The translations under genes were made by a program, and so were the position numbers. The notes beneath the pieces are model-generated. The model ran no database searches and was not told the origin of the DNA. It saw only the letters and a list, made by a program, of their open reading frames with translations. Of a stretch of 45,595 nt of DNA, positions 18,708 to 27,273 are shown piece after piece; the stretch's first letter is position 1, and the number at the start of each line of letters is the position of its first letter. The DNA is from Planctomycetales bacterium (GTDB lineage Bacteria > 4484-113). Where the stretch lies: the NCBI GenBank assembly GCA_037445915.1, contig JBBIJQ010000010.1, forward strand, positions 1 through 45,595, written 5' to 3'.

Positions 18708-19160
18708 ATGTTGAGACTTTGGTTCGGCGAAACAACCGCCGACGCGATAGGCATTTATCCGCTGCTGCTTGAGCTTGAGCACGGCGAGAGCTTCGCAGTC
18801 GTGCCAACGCTCTCCGGCGTGCTTCACCGCATCGCCTTCTCGCAAACGCGCTATCCCTCAGCCGTGCGCATAACGCTGCCTGTTTCGCAGCTTGGGCTGC
18901 GAAGCGCTGAAAACAAAAGCCTGCGCGAACTAATCACTGCGCGTTTGGAAAACGGGCGGCCGGTAACAGCGTTTATTGAAAGCACAGGTATCGCCTTGAA
19001 CATCGCGTTCACTGCGCTGAGGCCCGCCGCGATAGTTGATGAGGAACTTACGGGAAGTGCAGGCCAGCAAAGCGCCGCGCTGGAAGGCATCGTTATCGCG
19101 GACGGTTCGTTCACTAACTTCAATTCGCTTGCAAGCGTTACCTGGAGGGCGCGCAGCTAA
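18708..19160 (+). CDS. Putative distal tail (Dit-like) protein
   Basis: 150 aa after the TMP-like gene; TLSGVLH motif. Assignment by synteny. Confidence 0.4.
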   Translation: MLRLWFGETTADAIGIYPLLLELEHGESFAVVPTLSGVLHRIAFSQTRYPSAVRITLPVSQLGLRSAENKSLRELITARLENGRPVTAFIESTGIALNIAFTALRPAAIVDEELTGSAGQQSAALEGIVIADGSFTNFNSLASVTWRARS

Positions 19161-21073
19161 TGGCATTCACGAAAACAGCACGCGATTATGTCGCGCAATC
19201 CGACAAGCGCATCTATTACACGCTTGAAGTTCGCGGCTTCCACGAAGAGAATGCGCAGTGGTCGCGGCTGCCGCTGGCGCGCGAAGGCTTCCGGCTGGTA
19301 AGCGACCGCGCGGAGCTGGCAGCATCGCTGGAATTCACGCTTCCTGCGGCGAGCGCGCTGCATTTCAGCGAGCTAAACCCCAACAACCCGCTGGCGCTGT
19401 TCAGCGAGGCGCGCCTGACCTGCGAGATGGCCGGCGAAAGCGAAGTGCTGTTTCTCGGCTTTATCAACGAGATACGCGAGGAAGGCGGCGTAATGCGCTG
19501 CTTTGCCCGCGATAATGCGCAGAAGTTATCGCGCGCAGTTTGCGAAGTGGAGATGGAAGGCAAAACGACAGCCGAGCTTGCGCTTTCGCCGCTAATCGTT
19601 CTGGCAAGCGAATACGACGCCTGCACATTCGGCCTTGACCCGCATAAAACGCCGGACGGCTTCAGCGCAGCAGGCGTGCGCCGCGCCTGGAAGCCCGGCG
19701 ATATCCGCGTTTATGCGAATGGCGCGGAAGTCCAGCCGGACCTTTATCGCGTGTATCCCGAAAGCGGCGTCGTGCGCTTCGCGCAGCCGATTACGCAATT
19801 GTTGAGCGTTACCGGCGTGCGCTGTTGCATTGAAGGCACGAGCGATGCTGCAGTGGCCGTTACGAAAGCGCTGCAATATCCGCAAGGCAAAGGCGGCATA
19901 GGCGCAGGCTCAAGTGACTGCGACTTGCCGGATATCGGCGTTGACCTGCACCGCTTGGAATGGCGGCGCGGCGCAGGCAAAACGTCGGAGTTCATCGCTG
20001 CGCTTAGCGAAAGGCTACCACGCAACTACCGCTTCTGGCACGACCCGTCACGCGGCGTGTTCACGCATGCGCTGATGGAGCAAAACCTGCTTGCGCCGCA
20101 TGCCCTCAGTGGCATCGCGTCATTCGCCCGCATCCGCAGCCGCAAGGGCATATACACTCGCGTCATCGTGAATGGTACGCGCACCAACGCGCCTAACCTC
20201 GCGCCGGTCGCGGCAGTCACCGACTTGCAGCAAAACGTGGGCGAGGTGTTTGAGTGGAGCGGCAACGAGCGCACCGTGGGGCAGGGGAGCATCGCGCTTA
20301 TCATTGACGGCGACTCCAACCACGGGTTCGGGCGGCACAACGCACCGTATCTTTACCAGTTCTACGACTTTGCGCTGATTGACCTGGGGCTTGACGCAGA
20401 AGGCAAACCTCCGCGTGTCAGCGCTATTGAGCTTACCGCCGCGAATTCGCACAACGTGAATTCGCAGAAGTCCGCTAATACCAAGTTCAGCTTTGGCTAT
20501 GAAGTCCTGGGAAGCCTTAACGGCGCGGATTATCAGCGCATTTCGCCGGACGCTCAAATGCTGCTCGCGCCGCTGCAAACGACGCGCTTAGGCAACCTCA
20601 CGATGCAACGCATGCGCTACGTAAAGCTGCGCGTAAAACCGGCGAAGGACGGCGTAAGCAACGACAACGACCCAGGGCTGGCGCTGAATGAAATACGCAT
20701 TTACGGCGACGACAGCTTCACGACCGAAGCCGCGCTCCAAGATACCGACCCGCAAGGAGCGTTTTACTGTCCGGAGCTGCTGGAGAAGTGCGAAGGCGCG
20801 GGGGCGCAGGTGATGCTGGTGGACGTTGGCGATAAGCTTCCTGAATGCGAAGCGGCGAAGCTCGCGGCCGACTTGCTCATAGAATCGCTTTGCGCCTACA
20901 CAAGCTTTGAAGTGGAATGCGCTGCTGACCCCACCGTGCGGGTTGGGCAGACTGTGTCCTGCGCCCATCCCGTCACCGGCGGTGTGCAGTCATTCATCGT
21001 TGAGCGAGTTGAGCTGATGCCCGGGCGTGTGCGCATCTGCGGCACCAACTACAACGCGGAGGTGCTGCGATGA
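19160..21073 (+). CDS. Putative baseplate hub/tail-tip protein with inserted carbohydrate-binding-like domain
   Basis: LFLGFINEI...ARD start, IYTRVIVNG, ADPTVRVGQTV..FIVERV end (hub-like). Internal IIDGD...IDLG...YEVLGSLNGADYQ...RYVKLRV...LNEIRIYG is discoidin/F5-8-like. Confidence 0.65.
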   Translation: MAFTKTARDYVAQSDKRIYYTLEVRGFHEENAQWSRLPLAREGFRLVSDRAELAASLEFTLPAASALHFSELNPNNPLALFSEARLTCEMAGESEVLFLGFINEIREEGGVMRCFARDNAQKLSRAVCEVEMEGKTTAELALSPLIVLASEYDACTFGLDPHKTPDGFSAAGVRRAWKPGDIRVYANGAEVQPDLYRVYPESGVVRFAQPITQLLSVTGVRCCIEGTSDAAVAVTKALQYPQGKGGIGAGSSDCDLPDIGVDLHRLEWRRGAGKTSEFIAALSERLPRNYRFWHDPSRGVFTHALMEQNLLAPHALSGIASFARIRSRKGIYTRVIVNGTRTNAPNLAPVAAVTDLQQNVGEVFEWSGNERTVGQGSIALIIDGDSNHGFGRHNAPYLYQFYDFALIDLGLDAEGKPPRVSAIELTAANSHNVNSQKSANTKFSFGYEVLGSLNGADYQRISPDAQMLLAPLQTTRLGNLTMQRMRYVKLRVKPAKDGVSNDNDPGLALNEIRIYGDDSFTTEAALQDTDPQGAFYCPELLEKCEGAGAQVMLVDVGDKLPECEAAKLAADLLIESLCAYTSFEVECAADPTVRVGQTVSCAHPVTGGVQSFIVERVELMPGRVRICGTNYNAEVLR

Positions 21074-21867
21074 GCCGCGCCGATACGCTAAACCGCGCTT
21101 TGAAACAGCTTGTGGACAAGCGCCTAGCGGCGCGGGGGAAACGCACAGGCGGGATGCCGCCTGAACTTCGCCCGTCGCAAGTGCATTTCGGCCCGCCGTC
21201 AGGCAGCGACGACTTTGACCTTGGCGGCGTGCGCAGCATCTCCATCCCTGGCGCAAGCAGCCTTACCGGCGATGTGGATGTCGCGGGCGTTGAAGGCATT
21301 GCCGCGTCGCAATCAGGGCAGGAGCTTCGCCTCGCCCCGCCTCGCCTTCGCCACTGCGCCAACCCGCGCACACCGCTGGGATGCTCTGCGTACGCGCCTC
21401 TCATTCTACGCACCATCTACCTGCACCCGCTGGAGCTTTCCGGCGCGATGCAGCTTTCGGCCTGCTATTTGCGCATCCAGCGAAACGGCAACCCCAACAA
21501 TGCGCTGGTGATGCTTGAAGCGGCGGTGTATGCGCGCAACAGCGCCAACAACGGCTTTACGCGCGAAGCATACACGGGCGCGCTGCGCTTCAACGACCTC
21601 ACGCGCCTGAGCACAGGCTCTGTTTACCGTTGCGCATTTTCGCCAAGCGCTCTGCTGCCGATGGGCCAGCGCTTCTTCGCGCTGCTCTACAAATACATCG
21701 GCCCTGACAGCTACAACTTCGGCGTGTGCAGCTCCAGCGATGGGCACTACCCCGGAGCAGGGCTATTCCTGAGCGGTGCTGCAAACGCACTGCCTGAAAG
21801 CATCGCCGATTCCGGCCGCAGCGCCTATGCGCAAAGCATAGCCTGGGCTGAACTCGCCGCAGACTAA
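21070..21867 (+). CDS. Putative tail fibre/receptor-binding protein
   Basis: ATGA overlap; GVRSI...LTGDVDV..EGI fibre-type linker, then a beta-rich aromatic domain. Last structural gene before the lysis genes. Confidence 0.45.
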   Translation: MSRADTLNRALKQLVDKRLAARGKRTGGMPPELRPSQVHFGPPSGSDDFDLGGVRSISIPGASSLTGDVDVAGVEGIAASQSGQELRLAPPRLRHCANPRTPLGCSAYAPLILRTIYLHPLELSGAMQLSACYLRIQRNGNPNNALVMLEAAVYARNSANNGFTREAYTGALRFNDLTRLSTGSVYRCAFSPSALLPMGQRFFALLYKYIGPDSYNFGVCSSSDGHYPGAGLFLSGAANALPESIADSGRSAYAQSIAWAELAAD

Positions 21868-21892
21868 TAACACTACCTCCAAGGAGCTACAT

Positions 21893-22135
21893 ATGGACGC
21901 CAAAACCCTTACCAAGAAGCTGCTCGCATTCCTCCTCCATCTCGCCTTCGCGCTTTACGAAACCGAAGCGAAACTCATTTTCCAATTCATCGCGCAGGTG
22001 AAAGCCGAAGGCCTCACCGGCGACGATGCGCGCCGCGAAGTCCTGCGCCGCTTCCGCCTGCACTGCGGCGATACGCTGCGCGACAGCGTCGTGAATTTCC
22101 TCATTGAAGCCGCCGTCGTCGCGGGGAAGCCTTAA
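21893..22135 (+). CDS. Holin-like protein (LL-H-like pattern)
   Basis: N-terminal hydrophobic helix, GLTGDDARREV and C-terminal LIEAAV. AAGGAG RBS. Confidence 0.5.
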   Translation: MDAKTLTKKLLAFLLHLAFALYETEAKLIFQFIAQVKAEGLTGDDARREVLRRFRLHCGDTLRDSVVNFLIEAAVVAGKP

Positions 22136-22138
22136 GTA

Positions 22139-22420
22139 ATGGACGGCTGGGCTTCACTCATCGGCAACGTCGGCATCGGCGGCGGGCTGGCGTTCTTCTT
22201 CGCGTGGTATCTCGTGCGCGCGGTCATCCCTCAGCTTATGAGCGAAAACGCGCAGCAACGCGAAGCCTTCCTCACGGAGTTGGCGAAGCAGCGCGAAGAA
22301 TTCCTCTGCGCGCTTGAAGGGCTCAAGCTTAGCGGGGAGCGCGCCGCCTGCGGCATATCGCAGCGCATAACAGAACTTGGGGCGCAGCTTTCGCGGCTAG
22401 CGCCCGCGAGGAAAGAATAA
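22139..22420 (+). CDS. Holin-like protein (single TM plus coiled coil, BhlA/UviB-like)
   Basis: GNVGIGGGLAFFFAWYLV TM, then a coiled coil. Immediately upstream of the amidase. Confidence 0.55.
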   Translation: MDGWASLIGNVGIGGGLAFFFAWYLVRAVIPQLMSENAQQREAFLTELAKQREEFLCALEGLKLSGERAACGISQRITELGAQLSRLAPARKE

Positions 22421-22422
22421 TT

Positions 22423-22893
22423 GTGGGCGGGTTCAGCATCGTTTACCTCGCCGACAAGCTTCCGCGCCATTCGCGCAAGCGCTATGCGCAACGCAAGCAC
22501 GCTGATATCTCGCGCATAGTCATTCACCACAGCGGCACGCGGGAAGGCTCGCCGCAGGACTTTGCGCGCTACCACGTGCTGCACTGCGGCTGGCCGGGCA
22601 TCGGCTACCACTTCGTAATCGGCAAGCGCGGGGAGGCGTGGAAAACAAACGACCTGACTACGGTGAGTTATCACGCGAAGGGCGCGAATGCAGACAGCAT
22701 CGGGATATGCCTCGTGGGGAATTTCTCGCGCGAAACGCCGCAGGAGGCGCAGCTTGCCGCGTTGCGCTGGCTCATCTTCCGAATCCAAGACGAGTTGAAG
22801 CCCGCGCCGTCCGTCGTGCTGCACCGCGAGATCAAGGGAAGCAAGACCACCTGCCCCGGCCTGCGCTTCACACGCGATTTGCTGCGAGGTTAA
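22423..22893 (+). CDS. N-acetylmuramoyl-L-alanine amidase (Amidase_2/T7-lysozyme-like endolysin)
   Basis: IVIHHS, GIGYHFVI, HAKGAN.SIGICLVGNF, HRE and TCPG. Zn ligands are intact. Confidence 0.93.
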   Translation: MGGFSIVYLADKLPRHSRKRYAQRKHADISRIVIHHSGTREGSPQDFARYHVLHCGWPGIGYHFVIGKRGEAWKTNDLTTVSYHAKGANADSIGICLVGNFSRETPQEAQLAALRWLIFRIQDELKPAPSVVLHREIKGSKTTCPGLRFTRDLLRG

Positions 22894-23768
22894 AGCTCCG
22901 CCTTCGTAAGACCAAGCCTGTCCAGCAACATGCGCACGCGGTCGCGCGGGAGTTCCCAGCCCTTATAGGGGCCGTCAAGGTAGCCGTGCCAGTCGCTGCC
23001 GCCGGTTGCGATAAGCCCTCGCGCGTCCACCATTCGCAGCAGCTCTCCGCGCACCGCGTCTTGCCCCCGGTAAAACACTTCGTAGCCGTCGCATTCCGCA
23101 ACAAGCGCGGCATCGCGCACTTTCGCCGAAGTTATCTTGTAAGGATGCGCAACTATCGCCAGCGCACCGTGCTCCCGTGCCCAGGCTATGCCGTCGGCGA
23201 ACTTAAGCGGCGGCGGGAGATACGCCTTGCCGCCGGGACCGATGGTCTCGCGGACAAAGCCGTCGTACCATTTCTTAAATTTGCCGCGAATGACGACGCC
23301 AAGCGCCCACAGGGGCCTGCGACGAAAGAGGTCCCAGAGGTAATGGCTTATCATCACCGGGTCGCCGCCAGCCAGCTTCTCCAGCCGCGAAAAGTCAAAG
23401 CCGTAGCCGCTTCCGGCAGCGCGCTCGCACATCAGCCGGTGCAGCTCGTTGCGCTGCTCCTTTATTTCCTTCAATGACTGCGCAAGCTTCCCGTCCACTC
23501 GCACGCCTAGCGCGAGAACATGCGCTTCCGCGCCTTCGCCGCCTGCTTCCAGCCAGGTCGTCAGCTCCAGCGCGGGAATGGCGAGGATGCCAAGCGCATT
23601 CGCAGACTGGTAAAACTCGGGGAAGCCGCCCATCGTGTCATGGTCAGCCAGCGCCGCCACGCGCACGCCGCGCGCAAAGAGCATCTTGGAAATCTGCGCG
23701 GGAGAATAGCGGCCATCAGAATGGCGCGAGTGGAAGTGCAGGTCGCAGCCTATGTTGTCGCCGGCCAC
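22890..23768 (-). CDS. PHP domain phosphoesterase (TrpH/YciV-like)
   Basis: DLHFHSRHSDG, ALADHD, AHP and TGGSDWHG. Confidence 0.93.
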   Translation of the reverse strand: MAGDNIGCDLHFHSRHSDGRYSPAQISKMLFARGVRVAALADHDTMGGFPEFYQSANALGILAIPALELTTWLEAGGEGAEAHVLALGVRVDGKLAQSLKEIKEQRNELHRLMCERAAGSGYGFDFSRLEKLAGGDPVMISHYLWDLFRRRPLWALGVVIRGKFKKWYDGFVRETIGPGGKAYLPPPLKFADGIAWAREHGALAIVAHPYKITSAKVRDAALVAECDGYEVFYRGQDAVRGELLRMVDARGLIATGGSDWHGYLDGPYKGWELPRDRVRMLLDRLGLTKAEL

Positions 23769-23795
23769 TGGCTGGCGATTATACCAGCGCTGCGC

Positions 23796-24164
23796 TTAAT
23801 AGATGCGAAACCCTAGTAACGACGCGAAAAACCAAAAAAGCAGCAAGCCCATCACTAGCAGGAATACTCCGGCGACCAGCGGGCTTAGCGGCGCATGGCG
23901 CAGGTAATACTCCGCGCTTTGGACGCAGGGCGGGGTATCCCGCCAGCGCTGCTCCAGCCGAGCATACCAGTTGCTCAAGATAAGCTTCTCCTGTTCGGTG
24001 CGCGGGACGTCAAGGTATGTGTGGTAATACCAGGCGAAGATGGAGCTGAAGACGGCGAGAACAATTAGCGCGGGAATAAACCACTGGATTGACAGCAGGA
24101 TGGTCAACAGCACGATGAAGACTGCAAACCAGTCGATGATGGCGATTTTCGGCACGCCTTTCAT
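23796..24164 (-). CDS. Hypothetical membrane protein
   Basis: Three hydrophobic segments; GGAGG RBS and TGgTATAAT upstream. Confidence 0.7.
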   Translation of the reverse strand: MKGVPKIAIIDWFAVFIVLLTILLSIQWFIPALIVLAVFSSIFAWYYHTYLDVPRTEQEKLILSNWYARLEQRWRDTPPCVQSAEYYLRHAPLSPLVAGVFLLVMGLLLFWFFASLLGFRIY

Positions 24165-24182
24165 ATTTGCCCTCCGCTGTGA

Positions 24183-25625
24183 TTATACCAGCGGAATGCC
24201 TGCGTTGCAGCTGACGAACTTTTCGGCTTCTTCGCGCGTCTTCACCGAGCCTTCAACCTGCGCTTCAAGCAGAAGCTCTTTTAGCTCGCCAACGCGCGGC
24301 CCGGAGGAAATGCCCGCCACGGCCATGATTTCCTCGCCGGTGAGCAAAGGCGTGGGCTCGGCGAGCTCGCGCGCGAAATAACGCTGGTGGAGTATCAGCC
24401 CTATCGTCTCTTCATGAACGCGCACGAAATCCTCCGGCGCATCCGGCCCGCGCACCGCCCGGGCATCCGCGACCGCATGCAGGCAGCTCATTGCCGCTGC
24501 ATCGCCCAGCTTGCGCAGGAAGCGGTAGATGAGCTTGGGGGGTGGCGGGTGGCTGTTGCAGTAAAAGCCGACGCGAAGGTGCTCCTCAATGAGGAGCTGG
24601 AGCATATCGCATTCGCGGTTGGACATGCGCAGCCGAGCGAACACCGGCGCAGCCTTCTCCGCGCCTGCCACCTGGTGGCCGTAAAAAGTGATCTTCCCAT
24701 TGTCCTGGACGGTGGAAGTTTCGGGCTTGCCAAGGTCGTGGAATAGCAGCGAAAGCTTGGTGAGCGCAGCCTTCGTGGCCGGCGGCGAAACAACTTCCTG
24801 CATCTCCACCGCCAGCGCGCCAAACGTCTCCGCCTCCAGCCCCTCGCCGGTGCGAAGCACGTGCTCAAGCTGGCGCACCGCCTCCAAGCTGTGCGCGAGG
24901 ACGGGCAGGTGGTGGTACGAGTTTTGCTGCGAATCGCGCAGCTCTTCAAGCTCAGGGAACAGCGCGCCTAATACCCGCGCCTCATCCATTGCCTCAAGTC
25001 CCCGGTACGCGTCGGGGCGGTTAAGCATAAGCATAAGCTCTTCGCGGATGCGCTCGGGCGCAGGCTCGGCGATTTTGCCCGCGTGCAATTCCAGCAACTG
25101 CGCCGTGTCTGCTTCTATCTCAAACCCAAGCTGCACCATCAGGCGAAATGCGCGCAGTATTCGCAGCGGGTCGTCAATGAGGTTATTCTCGTTAATCGCG
25201 GCGATGCGGTGCGTTTCAAGGTCGTCCAAGCCGCCAGCCATATCCAGAATGTTTTTCGCTGAATCAGCGAAACCGCCAAAGGGAAGCGCCAGCGCGTCCA
25301 CGGTGAAGTCGCGGCGCAGCAAGTCGTCGTTGCGCGCCCTGCCCATCACCGGCGAGATGTCCAGCGTGCCATCGGGCGTGACAATGCGGTGGGTGCGGAA
25401 GCGGCCGCCCAGCGCGAACGGCTCGTCGTGAAATGCTTTCGCCAGCTCCGCCAGCCCGTTCTCGTAATCGCCCTCAAGGACGATGTCCACTTCGCCCGGT
25501 TGCAGCCCAAGCAGCGCGTCGCGGATGAAGCCTCCGACGATGTAGCCCTGAAGGCCAAGCGCTGGCAGGCGTGACGCCAACGGGCTTTCCTTCAGTGCGC
25601 GCTGCAAATTCCCGTAATCAAGCAC
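24183..25625 (-). CDS. CCA tRNA nucleotidyltransferase/poly(A) polymerase family with HD domain
   Basis: YIVGGFIRD, EVDI, DLLRRDFTVDA, DDPLRILRAFR, ERIREE and LFHDLGK. Start reassigned to GTG at 25625: the upstream ORF extension crosses a repeat region, and a TGcTACTAT -10 lies 6 nt upstream. Confidence 0.9.
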   Translation of the reverse strand: MLDYGNLQRALKESPLASRLPALGLQGYIVGGFIRDALLGLQPGEVDIVLEGDYENGLAELAKAFHDEPFALGGRFRTHRIVTPDGTLDISPVMGRARNDDLLRRDFTVDALALPFGGFADSAKNILDMAGGLDDLETHRIAAINENNLIDDPLRILRAFRLMVQLGFEIEADTAQLLELHAGKIAEPAPERIREELMLMLNRPDAYRGLEAMDEARVLGALFPELEELRDSQQNSYHHLPVLAHSLEAVRQLEHVLRTGEGLEAETFGALAVEMQEVVSPPATKAALTKLSLLFHDLGKPETSTVQDNGKITFYGHQVAGAEKAAPVFARLRMSNRECDMLQLLIEEHLRVGFYCNSHPPPPKLIYRFLRKLGDAAAMSCLHAVADARAVRGPDAPEDFVRVHEETIGLILHQRYFARELAEPTPLLTGEEIMAVAGISSGPRVGELKELLLEAQVEGSVKTREEAEKFVSCNAGIPLV

Positions 25626-25651
25626 GGCGTGATAGTAGCATAGCGCTGCAG

Positions 25652-26112
25652 GCTTGCCCTCCGTAGACCGCACTCTTGACTTTCGTAGCCTTGGCGAAGG
25701 AGGTTTAGTGTGGCTCTGGAATCTGGACTGAAGGGTCGGGGGTTTACCAGCCTCAGGCTGGTTTATCCCCCGCCATCCGGATTCCGAAGGGTGGAACAGG
25801 CGACCCGCCTGTTCGTTTGGCAGCACAAGCGGGACCCTCCGCAGGCGGGCAAGCGCATGTGCCGCCAATAACAAGCCGGAGGCACGGCGCGCCACAAACG
25901 CGTAAACTTTCCAGCCGTGCATTCCGCAATGAGGCAAGAATGCCCCACCTCCGGATAAATAACCAAGCGCGACACTGAAGCTAGCCAGCATTCGGCGGGT
26001 GCAGCCTACAAAGAAGGGAACATGTTACGCAGAGTGGCGCTAGTCAGCACCGCCTACCCGTCACGTGAAATTGAGAACCACAGCCGCGCTGGTGAGCGCG
26101 GCGTACCCGTTT
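25652..26112. repeat. Intergenic cluster of REP-like palindromes and hairpins
   Basis: Split GCTTGCCCTCCGTAG...CGTAGCCTTGGCGAAGG (25652-25700); ACCAGCCTCAGGCTGGT; GAACAGGCGACCCGCCTGTTC; 26073-26112 is an inverted near-copy of 5080-5120. Confidence 0.7.
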
Positions 26113-26148
26113 GGTTGTTGAGTAAAGGTAACCACTATAATCTCCCAA

Positions 26149-27198
26149 GTGCTTGTGCTCATCAAAGTGCTTGGCGTAACTGCGGCGATAGCTGCGGTGT
26201 TGATGCTCGCGGTTGCGTTCATCAATTATTACGCCGACCCGGGGCTGCTCTACCACCGCAAGGGCAAGCGCCGCCAGGCGCGCAACGTGCGCGCGCGCAA
26301 GCTCGTGCTGCTCAAGAACCTGGTGCAGCCCTTCCGCACCGTCGTGCTCGGTTCATCGCGCGTGCTGAACCTTGACCTCAACCCGGCAGTGCGTTTCCCG
26401 CACCCCGTGTTCAACTATTCCGTCACCGCCGCGCGCGCTGAAGATTACCTCGCCAGCTACCGCATGTTCGTGCGCAGGCAGAAAGCGGCGCCGGAAGTCG
26501 CGGTGGTCTCTTGTGAAATCTCGGCGTTTCATCCCACGCTGCCGCAGCCATTTGAAGGCTTGACCGCGGGCGCATACACCGACGAACTCATCGCGATGGG
26601 CGCGCTCAGGCGCGGCCCGATGTGGAAATACGCCGCGCTGTTCAGCCTGAGCCACTTGCGCGAAAGCCTTAACCACCTGAAGTGGATTGCGCGCGGAAAG
26701 AAGAAGGGCTTTGAGCATAAGTTTCGCTGGGAAGCAGGCGGAGTTGGCGCATGGCTTGACCCTCTAGACGATGCCGCCCGCAAGAGCCTCATCGCGCGCC
26801 AGACCCGCCGCTACCCGCGCTCCGGCATCGGCCTGAGCACCTTCCATGAGCCAAGCCGGGAGCGTTTAGGGTATTTAGAGCAATTGCTAGTTGAAGGCGG
26901 CGCGCAGGGAACGCGATTCATCATCTTCATCGCGCCTGAAAACCCCCAGCTCCTTGCGGAAGCGCTCAAGCTTGGCGCGGGACACCTTTACGTGAAGTGC
27001 GCTGACGCAATCGCGAAGATGGCCAATGCGCGCGGCGCAGTGTTCCGCGACTGGCACGACCCGGCGCTGCTGGGGCTTAGCGAAGGTGATTTCCGCGACA
27101 TTATGCACCTTACCGACGAGGCGCATAGGCGCGTTGCGCGGGAGCTAGAAAGGCTGTTGGATGAGCTTTCCCAAGATATCAGCAGAAATGCCGGCTAA
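26149..27198 (+). CDS. Membrane-anchored hypothetical protein, SGNH/DltD-like
   Basis: N-terminal TM, INYYADP, VVLGSSR, FNYSV and FRDIMHL. Confidence 0.6.
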   Translation: MLVLIKVLGVTAAIAAVLMLAVAFINYYADPGLLYHRKGKRRQARNVRARKLVLLKNLVQPFRTVVLGSSRVLNLDLNPAVRFPHPVFNYSVTAARAEDYLASYRMFVRRQKAAPEVAVVSCEISAFHPTLPQPFEGLTAGAYTDELIAMGALRRGPMWKYAALFSLSHLRESLNHLKWIARGKKKGFEHKFRWEAGGVGAWLDPLDDAARKSLIARQTRRYPRSGIGLSTFHEPSRERLGYLEQLLVEGGAQGTRFIIFIAPENPQLLAEALKLGAGHLYVKCADAIAKMANARGAVFRDWHDPALLGLSEGDFRDIMHLTDEAHRRVARELERLLDELSQDISRNAG

Positions 27199-27273
27199 AT
27201 GTGGAACAAATCAGAGTACTGCTGGTCAAACATAAGGTGTGGCGATGTTATAATTGCATTAGGCTAACCGCAT

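Larger units (their letters stand above)
13111..22893 (+). other. Compact phage-derived virion morphogenesis and lysis operon (GTA-like/defective phage particle cluster)
   Basis: 15 co-oriented genes in siphovirus head-neck-tail-lysis order, with gaps of 25 nt or less. No terminase, integrase, repressor or replication gene recognised. Confidence 0.8.

Noticed and set aside
13111-22893. Complete active prophage
   Set aside because: No integrase, repressor, replication or terminase genes and no att sites seen; only 9.8 kb. A decayed prophage remains possible but is disfavoured by the intact ORFs.
13111-22893. Tailocin, eCIS, encapsulin or capsid-forming PICI
   Set aside because: Portal and capsid exclude tailocin/eCIS, and no sheath is seen. 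Portal, tail and lysis genes exclude encapsulin. cf-PICIs carry integrase, primase and terminases and lack tails.
25626-25991. N-terminal 122 aa of the 602-aa nucleotidyltransferase ORF
   Set aside because: Translates a repeat/hairpin region. Homology-like sequence and a -10 element point to GTG 25625.
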